DNA from: a virus
Lineage: Duplodnaviria; Caudoviricetes
Virus record (IMG/VR): IMGVR_UViG_3300037692_000466
Coordinates: 1-32,387 of that record
Length of the DNA stretch: 32,387 bases
Strand: one strand, 5' to 3'
The notes under the pieces are model-generated. The model worked only from the letters and a program-made list of their open reading frames with translations, was not told the origin of the DNA and ran no database searches. This document shows, piece after piece, positions 1 through 9,532 of this stretch. Position 1 is the stretch's first letter, and every line of letters begins with the position of its first letter. The translations under genes and the position numbers were made by a program.

Positions 1-1995
1 GACATGGCCGATTACAGCTCCGCCAGTGGTGAGCACTGAGTTTGTAGACAAATCAGGGCCAATGGCCGGGTACAGGCCGCAACGAATAAGAGTATTGCTA
101 CTATCCACTGTCCCCGCCATCCTCACCCGCCACCACCCCGCTTCACTATATACCTTCACCAGGCCTTTTACCGCACCGCCCACGGCCTGGCTGTTATAGC
201 CACCGGTATCAGTGCGCAGCTTAACGTCGAAATAACTGGTCGACCCGCCATTGCCGAAAACCCGCAGCAGAATGACCCGGTCTGAGACTTCGTCCTGCTC
301 GATATACACATCCCACAAAACAATCTGACCAGAGTAGGCCGCGCCCGTGATCGCTACACGCTCAGTTGCCGTGGCGCTGTCATCGGTGATCAGGTAGCCG
401 GGAACACCATTGGGCGCCGTGGTGCCGGACAGCTCCCGCAGCGCAGTCAGCGTGCCCCAGTCGCCCACGGAACCGGCCAACTCATCTCCCAGCACATCAG
501 CCTCAAACCCATCCCGCAGCCGCCCGCCCATCCTGGCATTGGCCACCCATGGATCCGCCACCGCCACGATCCAGCCGGGCATGGCATAGGCATGGTCCTG
601 GCCGGCCAGATAGGTGACCGTTTCCTTTTCCGCGTCGCCAATATCGGTCAGCCAGCGGCCAAGCCGGTTAGCCTGACCCTGGCTGCAGCCCAGGTCAACC
701 GTTTCAATTTTGCGGTACCCGTATTTTTTCAGCGCCGCCCGGTTGACTACCGGCTCGATGCGCGGCTTATACAGATTGTCCGGATCGTTCCAGGTGACAT
801 GCGCCACCGTGTAACGCGCCTTGCGGCTGGTCCCCTCGTAAGAGAATAACCCATCCTTGACATTAGCGGGCGCGACCAGCAGCTGCGGATCGGCGGGGGC
901 GTCCTGGAAAGCGGTCACCGACCCGGTGGACCACACCGGCATTCCTCGAAAGGCCGTGGCCAGGGTGTTGATCAGCGCATAGGCATCATGGGCCGTATTG
1001 ATCAGGCAGTTCAGCACAAAGCGCGGCTCCAGGTCTCCCTTGCCGTCATCCACCAGCTCATCGCAATACTGGGCTATGGGATAGAGTTCCCACTTGTCCG
1101 GCGCGGGGATGCCCAATCCGTACCGGTCATTTTCAAGAATTTCGTAAAACCACCAGACGGGGCTGTCCGTCCAGGCCAGCTGCCAGGTGCCGTCCCAAAT
1201 GCCGGTATAGACACGGGTGACCGGATTCCAGTTTGCCGGCACCTTGATAATGCCGCCCAGCCATTCCCACGCCCGTTTCGGCACCCTGCCGCCGAACAGG
1301 CTGGCATCAATAGTGGTGGCGATCAGCGCGGAATCGGGATACATCAGCTTGTGATCGATAATCCTGGTATAGGAGGCCCAGGTAATGGTGTTGGCGCTTT
1401 TGGTGTCAGGCGCGTCCTCGGTGATCTTGGTCACCCGGATGTCCCATGGCGCCTCGCCGGGCGGCAGATCAATCCGGTAATTGACCTCATAGGCGGACAT
1501 AAACTTGTCGGTAATGGTTTTGGTATAGATGCTGTGGCCGACCACCTCAATGGCAAACTGCACGGTGCTGCCCTTTAAGTCGCCATTGTCATACTGCCGA
1601 TACAGCGCACTCAAGGCCAGATGCACCCGCACCGCATCCACATCGGCATCGGTGACGGTCCTGGTAACCGGAGTGCCGTTGGCCACTTCCACGCCTACGG
1701 CAACGGAGGTTTCAACGGCCGGATAGCCTTTCAGGTAATCCTGGTCCGGAGTGCCGAGCCGCACCTCATAACTCACTCCGGCAAAATTGTACGATCCGTC
1801 GTCCGCCTGCAGCTGCACCTCATCTATAAGGTATGATTTTGAGCCATTAGCCAGTCCGCCCGCCACGCCCTCCTGGATAAGGTCAATCACCCGCCAGGTG
1901 GCCTTGCTCTGGGCGGTGTTCGGGTCTTCCACCGGGACATAAGAAGAAGGCTCTTCGCCGCCTCCGGCCCCCTGCAGATACGGCAGCAGTTTCAT
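1..1995 (-). CDS. Tail tip/host-specificity protein, lambda gpJ-like (3' end truncated by window edge)
   Basis: Not in the ORF track; translated by hand from the ATG at 1995, which overlaps the upstream stop (TAATG): MKLLPYLQGAGGGEE...RLGTPDQDYL...YTGIWDGTWQLAWTDSPVWWFY...DKWELYPIAQYCDELVDDGKG..EPRF..N...MGGRL. These are gpJ-family motifs. The frame is open to position 1 and the gene follows M-L-K-I. Confidence 0.92.
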   Translation of the reverse strand, partial: MKLLPYLQGAGGGEEPSSYVPVEDPNTAQSKATWRVIDLIQEGVAGGLANGSKSYLIDEVQLQADDGSYNFAGVSYEVRLGTPDQDYLKGYPAVETSVAVGVEVANGTPVTRTVTDADVDAVRVHLALSALYRQYDNGDLKGSTVQFAIEVVGHSIYTKTITDKFMSAYEVNYRIDLPPGEAPWDIRVTKITEDAPDTKSANTITWASYTRIIDHKLMYPDSALIATTIDASLFGGRVPKRAWEWLGGIIKVPANWNPVTRVYTGIWDGTWQLAWTDSPVWWFYEILENDRYGLGIPAPDKWELYPIAQYCDELVDDGKGDLEPRFVLNCLINTAHDAYALINTLATAFRGMPVWSTGSVTAFQDAPADPQLLVAPANVKDGLFSYEGTSRKARYTVAHVTWNDPDNLYKPRIEPVVNRAALKKYGYRKIETVDLGCSQGQANRLGRWLTDIGDAEKETVTYLAGQDHAYAMPGWIVAVADPWVANARMGGRLRDGFEADVLGDELAGSVGDWGTLTALRELSGTTAPNGVPGYLITDDSATATERVAITGAAYSGQIVLWDVYIEQDEVSDRVILLRVFGNGGSTSYFDVKLRTDTGGYNSQAVGGAVKGLVKVYSEAGWWRVRMAGTVDSSNTLIRCGLYPAIGPDLSTNSVLTTGGAVIGHV

Positions 1996-2630
1996 TACAG
2001 GACATCCTCCACCAGCACGGATTGCGAGATAACCACGCTTCCAACTAGAAATTTCCCACAGACCAGCGGCACCGGCACGCCCTGGGCGGCAACATTTTCC
2101 GCGCCCTGGATGACAAACGAGGCCCGTGGATCAACCGCGGCCCTGGTGCCGGTGCTGGGCAGATCCATGGTCGGCGACAGCATGGTGCTGATGCCGGACA
2201 GCGCCAGAGAAATGCCGAAGGTGGCATAGGAGGCCATGGAGATGCCGAGAAAAGTCGCCTCGCCCATGGCGGCTCCCATGGAAATACCGGCCAGTCCGGC
2301 AGCGGCGCCGGCCGTAAAGACAGCCGCGCCGATCAGGGCCACGCCTATTACCACAGTCCAGATCCCATCCTTTGCTCCGGCCATGGCCGGCATGAGGTGC
2401 AGATCCTTGGCGCCCAGGCCAAAGGTGAGCAGATCCTCGCCGAATGACTCGCCTGACTCGATATTGTCCCCCTTGACAACATGGTACTCACCACGGGCCA
2501 GAGCGCGGTAAAAGCGGCCGGGAAAATTGGCCTCCAGCGCCCGCACCGCCTCGGCCGCGGAAAACACCTCCAGCCGAAACGACGCCCCGAATGTCTCGGC
2601 CAGATGGCCATACAGATGTATTGTTCTCAT
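1995..2630 (-). CDS. Tail assembly protein, lambda gpI-like
   Basis: MRTIHLYGHLAETFG...SAAEAVRAL and C-terminal AQGVPVPLVCGKFLVGSVVIS. Start moved from 2669 to the ATG at 2630, which forms an ATGA overlap with the gpK stop. Confidence 0.9.
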   Translation of the reverse strand: MRTIHLYGHLAETFGASFRLEVFSAAEAVRALEANFPGRFYRALARGEYHVVKGDNIESGESFGEDLLTFGLGAKDLHLMPAMAGAKDGIWTVVIGVALIGAAVFTAGAAAGLAGISMGAAMGEATFLGISMASYATFGISLALSGISTMLSPTMDLPSTGTRAAVDPRASFVIQGAENVAAQGVPVPLVCGKFLVGSVVISQSVLVEDVL

Positions 2631-3322
2631 TTCACATACCTCAAGGCCACCACAAACACCTTTTTCCACCTGGCCACCGGCTCCCGCACCGATAGCCGGT
2701 TCAGCAGATGGTGCAGAATCAAACCATTACCGAGATACAGGGCGGCATGGTTGTTTACCGTTACCCCGAAACCGATACGGCCGAGCAGCACGTCACCGCG
2801 CGCAATCTCGCTCATCTCTACCCGCTCGAAACCAGCCCTGGCAAAATTGGCCATATAGATATCCTGGCCATGCTGCCACCATTTGTCCCGGCGCGGCATG
2901 TCGAGCAGGGTTATTTTTTTGACCAGCCGGTACCAGTCGCGGATAACGGCATAGCAATCGGTGACCCCATGGCGGAAGACCCGGCCCCGCAGCCTGGGGA
3001 TGGGGCACTGATCGCCGAACCAGAACAGTTCCTTGCCGGGGATGACGATGCCCCAGGGGACGCCTGAGGCCATCTGGTTTGCCATGTCCTTTTCCGAAGG
3101 GCAGGCCGGGCCGCCCGGGTGGCTGTGGATAAGCGCCTGCAGCTCGCCCCTGACCAAGGCGGCGGCATAGCCCTGGCTGGAGATGCGGAAATCTTCCTCC
3201 GGCTTCTCCGCCACGTTCTTGCGCGGCAGATAAATGCCGTTCACCACCAGGCCGCAAGACTCCCTGGGGGATTCAGCCGCGGCATGGGCCATGGCGTCCT
3301 GGATTACCTTAGTTGCGAACAT
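2627..3322 (-). CDS. Tail tip assembly protein, lambda gpK-like (JAB/MPN + NlpC/P60)
   Basis: PRESCGLV and HSHP..CPS..D JAMM motif, followed by the NlpC/P60 motifs DCYAVIRDWY and NHAALYLG..ILHH. Confidence 0.93.
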   Translation of the reverse strand: MFATKVIQDAMAHAAAESPRESCGLVVNGIYLPRKNVAEKPEEDFRISSQGYAAALVRGELQALIHSHPGGPACPSEKDMANQMASGVPWGIVIPGKELFWFGDQCPIPRLRGRVFRHGVTDCYAVIRDWYRLVKKITLLDMPRRDKWWQHGQDIYMANFARAGFERVEMSEIARGDVLLGRIGFGVTVNNHAALYLGNGLILHHLLNRLSVREPVARWKKVFVVALRYVK

Positions 3323-4013
3323 CGCTCACCCCTGGAAAGGCCTGGTACGGCAGCGGCTGCTTGCCGTAGCGCAGCACGCAGTCTGACAGCCGCTGGCCGC
3401 AAACATCGTCCGCCGCGCTGCATGATTCTCCGTTGGCATTAAAATAAACCGGATCCTCATAGGGGCAGGTGGCCACCGTATAATCGAAACTTACCGTCTG
3501 GGCGTCCCAGATCCGGTAGATATAGTTGCACGGCTCCCGCAGCACCGTGCGGCCCGGCAGCATCTTGCCCTGCTGGTCCATCAGGGCGGCCAGCTGCCAC
3601 TCAAGCTCCGCGCCGATCTGCTTGGTCTTGCGGTCAATCCAATAGATGTCCGGAGGATAATAGGCCAGCGGATCCGCTTCCGGCTCGTTGTCCAGATACT
3701 TGCGAAAGGTCACGTACCTGGTAAACTTGGCGCCGACCAGATCATTGTACTGCCTGATCATGGCCCGGAACAGGCCGTAGCCGTCGACCAGCTGCAGGGT
3801 GGGAGTGGGCAGCTTGCCGCCGCCGACCACCTCGAAACCGCCTGCCTTGATCGGCATGGGAGAATAGATATTGCCCTGCCAGACAATGGACTGGCCATCC
3901 TTGATCGAGGAGCACATGCGGTGCACAGAGCCGCCGAGCACGGTGGCATCAAGGATGTAAAGCTCCACTTTGTCACCGGGCGCCGGCAGCTGGATGTCTG
4001 TTTTTATGCTCAC
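3309..4013 (-). CDS. Minor tail protein, lambda gpL-like
   Basis: WQGNIYSPMPIKAGGFE...PTPTL, DLVGAKFTR..TF.KYLD, and four C-terminal Cys (C..C..C..C) typical of the gpL Fe-S site. Confidence 0.92.
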   Translation of the reverse strand: MSIKTDIQLPAPGDKVELYILDATVLGGSVHRMCSSIKDGQSIVWQGNIYSPMPIKAGGFEVVGGGKLPTPTLQLVDGYGLFRAMIRQYNDLVGAKFTRYVTFRKYLDNEPEADPLAYYPPDIYWIDRKTKQIGAELEWQLAALMDQQGKMLPGRTVLREPCNYIYRIWDAQTVSFDYTVATCPYEDPVYFNANGESCSAADDVCGQRLSDCVLRYGKQPLPYQAFPGVSDVRN

Positions 4014-4354
4014 AGGTCAAACTCCTCGACAAACTTGGCGGTGACCGTCCACAGCTGGCCCTCTTGGGGCACCGGCAACCACTCCGGACAGGTGTATTGA
4101 CGCGGCGTCGACTCGCCGATCGGCGTCCAGTAAAACGCCTCCGTGCCGTTTTTGTCCTTGAAAAAGACAACCACCGTATCCTTTTCCGCGGCGGTGATGT
4201 CCTTTAATATGATATCCCAGCCCTCGGAAATAGGATTCAGCCCCTGGCCGATGCGCTGGCTGTATCCGTCGCCGAAGTCCAGCCGCTGCACCCTGGGCTT
4301 GACCGGCTGAGGGGCCGAGCCGTAATGAACCTGGATAGCGGGGAAGGTATCCAT
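4010..4354 (-). CDS. Minor tail protein, lambda gpM-like (distal tail)
   Basis: FGDGYSQR..GLN, F.WTP and TAKFVEEF motifs; directly downstream of the tape measure gene. Confidence 0.92.
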   Translation of the reverse strand: MDTFPAIQVHYGSAPQPVKPRVQRLDFGDGYSQRIGQGLNPISEGWDIILKDITAAEKDTVVVFFKDKNGTEAFYWTPIGESTPRQYTCPEWLPVPQEGQLWTVTAKFVEEFDL

Positions 4355-6678
4355 CAGCGTACCCCCAGCCGGTTGAAGACGCCGCCCGGCCGCTGTTCAT
4401 CCAGAGCCCAGGCCATGAGCTGGTTTTTCATCATGCGGCCGGCCTCATTGGCGATCCGCTCCGCCGCCGAGCTGTCATTATTGCTGGTCCCGGCCGGCAA
4501 GCTGATCTGAAAGGTGTTCTGAAAAACCACTCCGCCACCTCCTTTTCCGGCCTGCTGGCCCGGCGTGGTGACGGTTACCGTTTCATCGGGCGAGGCGCGG
4601 AAGGCGACCAGCTGGCTGTCCGTGCCGCCTGATCCGCCCACGGTAAAGCTGCCGCCCGAGGCAAAGCCGAACAACGACGAAGCCGCGGCCATGCCGGCGT
4701 TAATCCAGCCACTGGAACCTCCGGCGCTGTTCAGCAGCGGCTCGATCAGCTGTTTCTGGATATACATCTGGGTCAGCATCTTGCCGAATGACTTGGCGAT
4801 ATCGCCGAAGGTGGCGTCCGACTCCCACAGCAGGTCATTCAATGAGGATGAAAATGTGGAGGCCCAGCCGGTGACGGCGTTTTGCAGGTCCTCGCCAAAG
4901 GTTTTTTCTCCTTTGGCGGAAAGGGCATCGAGATCCTCGCCCATGCGCACGGACAAATCATTGTGCAGCGAGTCGGCCACCTCTTTGGAGATATCGCCGA
5001 TCACATAGAGCTGTTCCACCTGGGCGGACAATCCGGCATAGGCTGCCTGCACGTCATAAACCGCCCGCTCCTGTTCAGGCAGGGCGGCCCTGGTGATATT
5101 CTCCAGGGCCTGCTGGGACTTGGCGGCAGCCTCGGCCTCCTGATAGATGACTTCGATAGCCTGTTCCTTGCGTTGTTCGCGCAGACTCCACAGCTCATCA
5201 ATGCGTTTTTTCTCTTCATTGAACCATGCCTCGGAGGCGTCCGATTGATCGCCATACCAGGCGTCCATGTCGAACATGGATTCGAGAAGCGCCTTGTTTT
5301 CCGCCGCGTTTTTCTTGATCTGGGCCGCAGTCAGTCCACCTTGGGCCGCAGGAGCAGCAGTTACCGAGGCAACCGGAGCCGATCCATGGGACGGCAGCAT
5401 GCCGATCTCCCCCATGGTTTCGGCAGCCAGGGCAGACTGAAAGTCAGAGCTGCCGGCAGCCGAGCCATGGGAGGTCTGCAATTCAAACGGGGCAGCCGGC
5501 TGTTTGCCGGTGATCGCCCCAAACTCCCGGTTAAGCTTGTTGGTGGCGTCCGTGGCCTCTTTTACCTTGTCGGTATAATCCACGAACCAGCCCCCCACCC
5601 AGACCAGAGCCGAAGCCGCCAGAATATAGGGATTAGCCCGGACCGCCGCATTAAAGGCCCATTGCGCGGCGGTAACAGTGACCAGAAATCCGCCGACCAT
5701 CTTGATGGAGGTGCCATAGCTGTCAAAGAAATCCAGGGTGTCACGCGGCAGGTCCTTGAGATCTCCAATGAACAGCCCCACATGTTTGGACAGGTCATTG
5801 AGGCCGGCCCGGAACTCCTGGTCCTTCAGCAGATCCGACAAGCCTCCGACCACCTCCAGCAGCCCATCAAGAAAACCTCCGGAGGCGAAATCCGCCTTCA
5901 GCCTGAACAGCTCGGTGTTGAATCGGTTGAATTGCTGCTGGGCGTTATCCAGCGCGTCCGGCAGCTGGCCGGAGAAGGTGTTGCGCAGTTCGCGGGCGAA
6001 TTTTGGTAGAAAGTCTTCGGACATGACTTCGCCCATGTCCAGCATCTTATTAAGTTCCACGGTGGTCACACCCATGGCCCTGGCCGCGATCTGGAAAGCG
6101 CCGGGGATCCTTTCGCCCAACTGGCCGCGCAGCTCCTCGGCCTGGACGGTGCCCTTGCCCAGCATCTGCTCAAGTGCCCGCAGTGATCCTTCCGTATCAT
6201 CAGCCGATAAACCGAGCACGGTGGAGGCCTCGGCCACCGCGGTAAAAATATCACGGGTGCCCTGGCCGGCCAGCTGAGTGCCCTTGGCGGAAGCGGCTAT
6301 TTTGGCGTAGGCCCCGGCCGCCTTCTCCAGGTTCAGCCCCAGCCGATCCGCTTCGTCGGAGACAAAAGAAAACTCAGCGGCGGCCAGTTCGCTGTTGCCG
6401 GTGGCAGCCGCCAGCGCAGTATCCATGCGCTCGATGGCCATGCCTGCCTGCACGATATCGCGCACCACAAAACCGACGCCGACGGCGGCAACCAGCGATT
6501 TAACCGCATCCACCGCCCCATTGGCCGAGTCGGTAAACTTTCTGGTCGAGGCCTCGGCCTTGCCTGATTCCGTGCGTATTCTGGCAAACGACTTTTCTCC
6601 CTTGTCGCCGATGGTCTGCAGCACAACCGAACCGTCGTCTCTGACTTTGACCCTTATGTTTATGTCTCGATCGCTCAT
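4354..6678 (-). CDS. Tail tape measure protein
   Basis: 774 aa, Ala/Gly-rich and helical. N-terminal tape_meas-type block QMLGKGTVQAEELRGQLGERIPGA; C-terminal FASGG...GGSGGTDS; synteny. Confidence 0.93.
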   Translation of the reverse strand: MSDRDINIRVKVRDDGSVVLQTIGDKGEKSFARIRTESGKAEASTRKFTDSANGAVDAVKSLVAAVGVGFVVRDIVQAGMAIERMDTALAAATGNSELAAAEFSFVSDEADRLGLNLEKAAGAYAKIAASAKGTQLAGQGTRDIFTAVAEASTVLGLSADDTEGSLRALEQMLGKGTVQAEELRGQLGERIPGAFQIAARAMGVTTVELNKMLDMGEVMSEDFLPKFARELRNTFSGQLPDALDNAQQQFNRFNTELFRLKADFASGGFLDGLLEVVGGLSDLLKDQEFRAGLNDLSKHVGLFIGDLKDLPRDTLDFFDSYGTSIKMVGGFLVTVTAAQWAFNAAVRANPYILAASALVWVGGWFVDYTDKVKEATDATNKLNREFGAITGKQPAAPFELQTSHGSAAGSSDFQSALAAETMGEIGMLPSHGSAPVASVTAAPAAQGGLTAAQIKKNAAENKALLESMFDMDAWYGDQSDASEAWFNEEKKRIDELWSLREQRKEQAIEVIYQEAEAAAKSQQALENITRAALPEQERAVYDVQAAYAGLSAQVEQLYVIGDISKEVADSLHNDLSVRMGEDLDALSAKGEKTFGEDLQNAVTGWASTFSSSLNDLLWESDATFGDIAKSFGKMLTQMYIQKQLIEPLLNSAGGSSGWINAGMAAASSLFGFASGGSFTVGGSGGTDSQLVAFRASPDETVTVTTPGQQAGKGGGGVVFQNTFQISLPAGTSNNDSSAAERIANEAGRMMKNQLMAWALDEQRPGGVFNRLGVR

Positions 6679-6714
6679 TTGGTTGCTTGGGTTATTGGGT
6701 TAGTTGGGGTTGTT
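6679..6714. repeat. Degenerate 8-9-bp tandem repeat (TTGGGTTRY family)
   Basis: ttggttgct tgggttat tgggttagt tggggttgt, overlapping the chaperone stop codon. Confidence 0.7.
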
Positions 6715-7039
6715 TTGCTCTCAATGCTTCAAGATAATGGGATGCCAGGCAGTCAACCCGGCTGAATACGTCTGTTTTATTTGCCGCGCCCCGGTCTTCA
6801 ATAATCTTCCAGACCAGATTGCCGTCAATGGCATAGGCGCCTCCGAAGCCTGTGCGCCATTGGTTTCGGCAAATATTAAACACCTGGCAGGCCTCAATGT
6901 TCTCCGGCAATACGGGCGGCTCGCTGATCATTCCCACCGGGCAGGCCGCGCAATCCTTTTTAATCCCCATTACCCGCTGATCTTCCCGGCAGGAATCGCA
7001 TGCCTGCCGGTCGGCCGCCAGCCAGCGGGCAATGGCCAT
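6692..7039 (-). CDS. Tail assembly chaperone, C-terminal (gpT-like) segment, probably made as a G-T frameshift fusion
   Basis: Lies between the G-like gene and the tape measure gene; LPEN..A..VF....QWR.G.GG..A.D motif; in the -1 frame relative to G, just after a slippery site. Confidence 0.75.
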   Translation of the reverse strand: MAIARWLAADRQACDSCREDQRVMGIKKDCAACPVGMISEPPVLPENIEACQVFNICRNQWRTGFGGAYAIDGNLVWKIIEDRGAANKTDVFSRVDCLASHYLEALRAKQPQLTQ

Positions 7040-7473
7040 CAGTTTCCCAGGGCCGCCTCTTCGCGTCTGGCCGCCTCGGCCCCCAGGGTGCGCAGTTGGC
7101 CGAACAGCCAGGTCTGCAGCCCGACCACCATGGCCAGCAGGGTGCCCACGGTTTCATTGTCCCAAGGCAGCGGCTCATTTCCCCGCTCGGCCATATCCTC
7201 CGGCAGGTCACGGCCGCACAGGGTCATGGCCTTGCGCAGGGTCAAACCGCTGAAGCCGACAACCCGGGAGATCAAAAAAACCCGCAACTTCTCCTGGTCG
7301 AGTTCCGACTCATACTGGCCGGTGGTGGTGTTCAGGGTTTGCTTGGTGGCCTCGCGGATCGCGTCCGAAATCTCGTTATTCGGGGTAACGACGATATCGA
7401 GCCCGAACAATCCCCGAAAATCAGCACGGGCCGTGCGCAATGGCGCTTTTTTTACCAACTCGTTAAATTGCAT
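7039..7473 (-). CDS. Tail assembly chaperone (gpG-like)
   Basis: Start MQFNELVKK at 7473 with RBS AAGGAG; located between tail tube and tape measure; ends ...CTG GGA AAC TGA. Confidence 0.75.
   Translation of the reverse strand: MQFNELVKKAPLRTARADFRGLFGLDIVVTPNNEISDAIREATKQTLNTTTGQYESELDQEKLRVFLISRVVGFSGLTLRKAMTLCGRDLPEDMAERGNEPLPWDNETVGTLLAMVVGLQTWLFGQLRTLGAEAARREEAALGN
7042..7048 (-). promoter_or_regulatory. -1 programmed ribosomal frameshift slippery site G GGA AAC
   Basis: XXXYYYZ heptamer immediately before the G stop; the -1 frame reads GGG AAA CTG ATG GCC directly into ORF 6692..7039. Confidence 0.8.
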
Positions 7474-7504
7474 TGTTTCTCCTTGTTTAATGGCAACCAT
7501 TAAA

Positions 7505-7626
7505 GGGCGGGTTTGGAACCCGCCCCTACGTGCCGTGGGTAATGGGCGGGTTTGGAACCCGTTAATGTATTGTTGTTGCCGTTCAATCCGCAATCCGCAT
7601 TCCGCGATCCGCAATCACCGATCACC
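7505..7626. repeat. GTAG-type REP palindrome, a partial second copy and a 7-bp AATCCGC array
   Basis: gggcgggtttggaacccgcccctac 7505-7529; partial copy 7544-7561; caatccg caatccg cattccg cgatccg caatcac cgatcac from 7584. Confidence 0.8.
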
Positions 7627-8545
7627 GAAAGGTGATGACGACCTCGTCATCACCAGCATCCCGGGTAAAGGCCAGCGGCTGGTTAAATGTCAGGATATTA
7701 TCCGCGTCGCCGTAGTCGACTGAATCCATCTGTGCCTTGGGCGCATCGATTTCCACAATGTTGCCGGCTACCGTGCCATGGGCCATGGCGAGCACCAGGG
7801 GCGTGGCTGCTGCCCAGTCGGCCCAGAAGTTGTGATCGGCATTTTTTATCGCGTCCATGGTCAGGCTGCCCTTGCAGTCCCGCCCGGTGATCATGATCGC
7901 GGCCTCCTGGTTGGGTAACTCGCGGAACTTGGTCGAGACGCCGAGATCAACCTCAAGGCTGTGCAGCACCGCGGCAAAGCCGCCGAAAGTAAAAGTGGTA
8001 TTGACTTCGTTGACCTCCACCGGCACCACAGAAGTATACACCGGCACCACCGGCGCCACATCGGCAGGAGACACAGCCAGAGCCAGACCGCTAAAAAAGG
8101 CGGTTGGATAATCGCCGCCGTTGACGTTGAATTTAACCGTACCTCGGAAACCGGGCAGCTTGTGCAGAATGCCGTCCTGATTGACATAGATGGAGCACGA
8201 TTCAAAATCCTCGCTCACCGGTTGATATGCCACGTCAACGCCTGCGCTGATAGTTTCGCTCATCATGCAGGAGCGCAGCAGCACCCCGCATTCCGGCACG
8301 GTGCCTGCCGCCCCGCCTCCCTTCAGCTCCACGGTGAAAGAGACCGCCTGATGCTGCTGGGTGATGATATGCGGCTGGGTGGAGAAATCAGGGTAATAGA
8401 TCTCCCGCTTCTTCTTGGTGCCCTTGGCCGGCTCCACCTTGAGGTCGGTAACCCCGATGGCGTTGGCTCCGAGCGGCACACTGTCCGTGCCGTAAACCGT
8501 CTCGATCTTGGCGATAATCACCGCCTTGCGCTTATATAATTCCAT
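7622..8545 (-). CDS. Major tail tube protein
   Basis: 307 aa with N-terminal AKIETVYGTD motif, beta-rich; RBS GGAGG; lies between neck genes and chaperones; no sheath gene present. Confidence 0.82.
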   Translation of the reverse strand: MELYKRKAVIIAKIETVYGTDSVPLGANAIGVTDLKVEPAKGTKKKREIYYPDFSTQPHIITQQHQAVSFTVELKGGGAAGTVPECGVLLRSCMMSETISAGVDVAYQPVSEDFESCSIYVNQDGILHKLPGFRGTVKFNVNGGDYPTAFFSGLALAVSPADVAPVVPVYTSVVPVEVNEVNTTFTFGGFAAVLHSLEVDLGVSTKFRELPNQEAAIMITGRDCKGSLTMDAIKNADHNFWADWAAATPLVLAMAHGTVAGNIVEIDAPKAQMDSVDYGDADNILTFNQPLAFTRDAGDDEVVITFR

Positions 8546-8556
8546 ACGACCCTCCG

Positions 8557-8648
8557 TGGGTTGCTTGGGTTATTTGGTTGCTTGGGTTGCTTGGGTTGTT
8601 TGGTTACAAACTCAACAAACCCAACTAACTCAACAAACCCGACTAACC
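8557..8648. repeat. Bipartite 9-bp tandem array (TGGGTTGCT)n followed by (AAACCCAAC)n
   Basis: About 6 + 5 degenerate units in near-inverted orientation. Confidence 0.88.
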
Positions 8649-9095
8649 AGACAGTTGATAACTCGCCCGATAGGTCGAGACATAGACCACCACGCCGTCC
8701 TTGACGGCAAACAGCCCCTCGCTCACCAGAAACAGCCGGCCGAACCCTTCCACCGGGATCTGGCCGAGCAGGTGCCGGTGCAGATCGTCCAGGATTTCGT
8801 AAGCACCGATCACGGTCCCGTCTCCCCGGCTGGCAGCCCGGCCGTATGGATCGCGCAGCGAGCGGGCAATGACGGCCAGCACGATGCCTGGCTGGCCGTA
8901 CTGCCTGGGGGCCGTGCTGGCCGGCTCGCGAAACGAGCCGCCCTCGTAAATGGCGTAGACGCACGGGGCGTTGACCGCCAGTTGCGCCAGGCTGTCTTTT
9001 AAGACCTGGCGGCTCGGCAGGTCTTCCACCTTGCGCAGATAGGGCAGGCCGGCGCTGATCAGGGCCATGGTGTTGTCCAGCAGCTCGATAATCAT
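8643..9095 (-). CDS. Tail terminator/completion protein (Mu gp37-like)
   Basis: 150 aa with AP.VYAIY.G and GAYEILDDL...L.G motifs; follows the gpG-like gene. Confidence 0.7.
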   Translation of the reverse strand: MIIELLDNTMALISAGLPYLRKVEDLPSRQVLKDSLAQLAVNAPCVYAIYEGGSFREPASTAPRQYGQPGIVLAVIARSLRDPYGRAASRGDGTVIGAYEILDDLHRHLLGQIPVEGFGRLFLVSEGLFAVKDGVVVYVSTYRASYQLSG

Positions 9096-9532
9096 GCGGC
9101 ACCCATGAGATAATCGGTGATGATCTCTTCAATGCGATCGGCATCGCTATTCTGCAGCACCAGATACGGCCTGGCCGGGATGGTTGCCCCTTTGCCGGCA
9201 ACTCCGCCCAGCTGCTGGATGCGGGCATATGGCAGGTAATCCGGCGCCACGTCGACAAAGTCCTTGCCCACCTCATCCACATGGATGCCTTCCCGCAGCC
9301 GGCCGCTCTCGCCCTCCAGGATACGCAGGGCCGAATTCTTGCGGGCCAGGGTGCGATCGGCCAGGGCCTCCCAGGCGTCCGGCCGACCCTCGGCGGCAAA
9401 GGTGTCGTCAATGGATTCCAGCATCATCTGACCCACCAGCCGCATGGCCGGCTCCAGCGACGTAAACCGGTGCCGCATGCCGGTCAGCAGGCGGGCAAAG
9501 TCAGCATCATCAATGATGGTTTGCAGTTCCAT
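9092..9532 (-). CDS. Virion morphogenesis protein (Mu gpG / P2 gpS family)
   Basis: F..EGRP..W..L, L..SGRLR, YARIQQLGG and IPARPYL motifs. Confidence 0.88.
   Translation of the reverse strand: MELQTIIDDADFARLLTGMRHRFTSLEPAMRLVGQMMLESIDDTFAAEGRPDAWEALADRTLARKNSALRILEGESGRLREGIHVDEVGKDFVDVAPDYLPYARIQQLGGVAGKGATIPARPYLVLQNSDADRIEEIITDYLMGAA

Noticed and set aside
7474-7614. N-terminal extension of ORF 7039..7614 (MRIAECGLR...)
   Set aside because: It is just translation of the heptamer and REP repeats; a good RBS precedes the ATG at 7473
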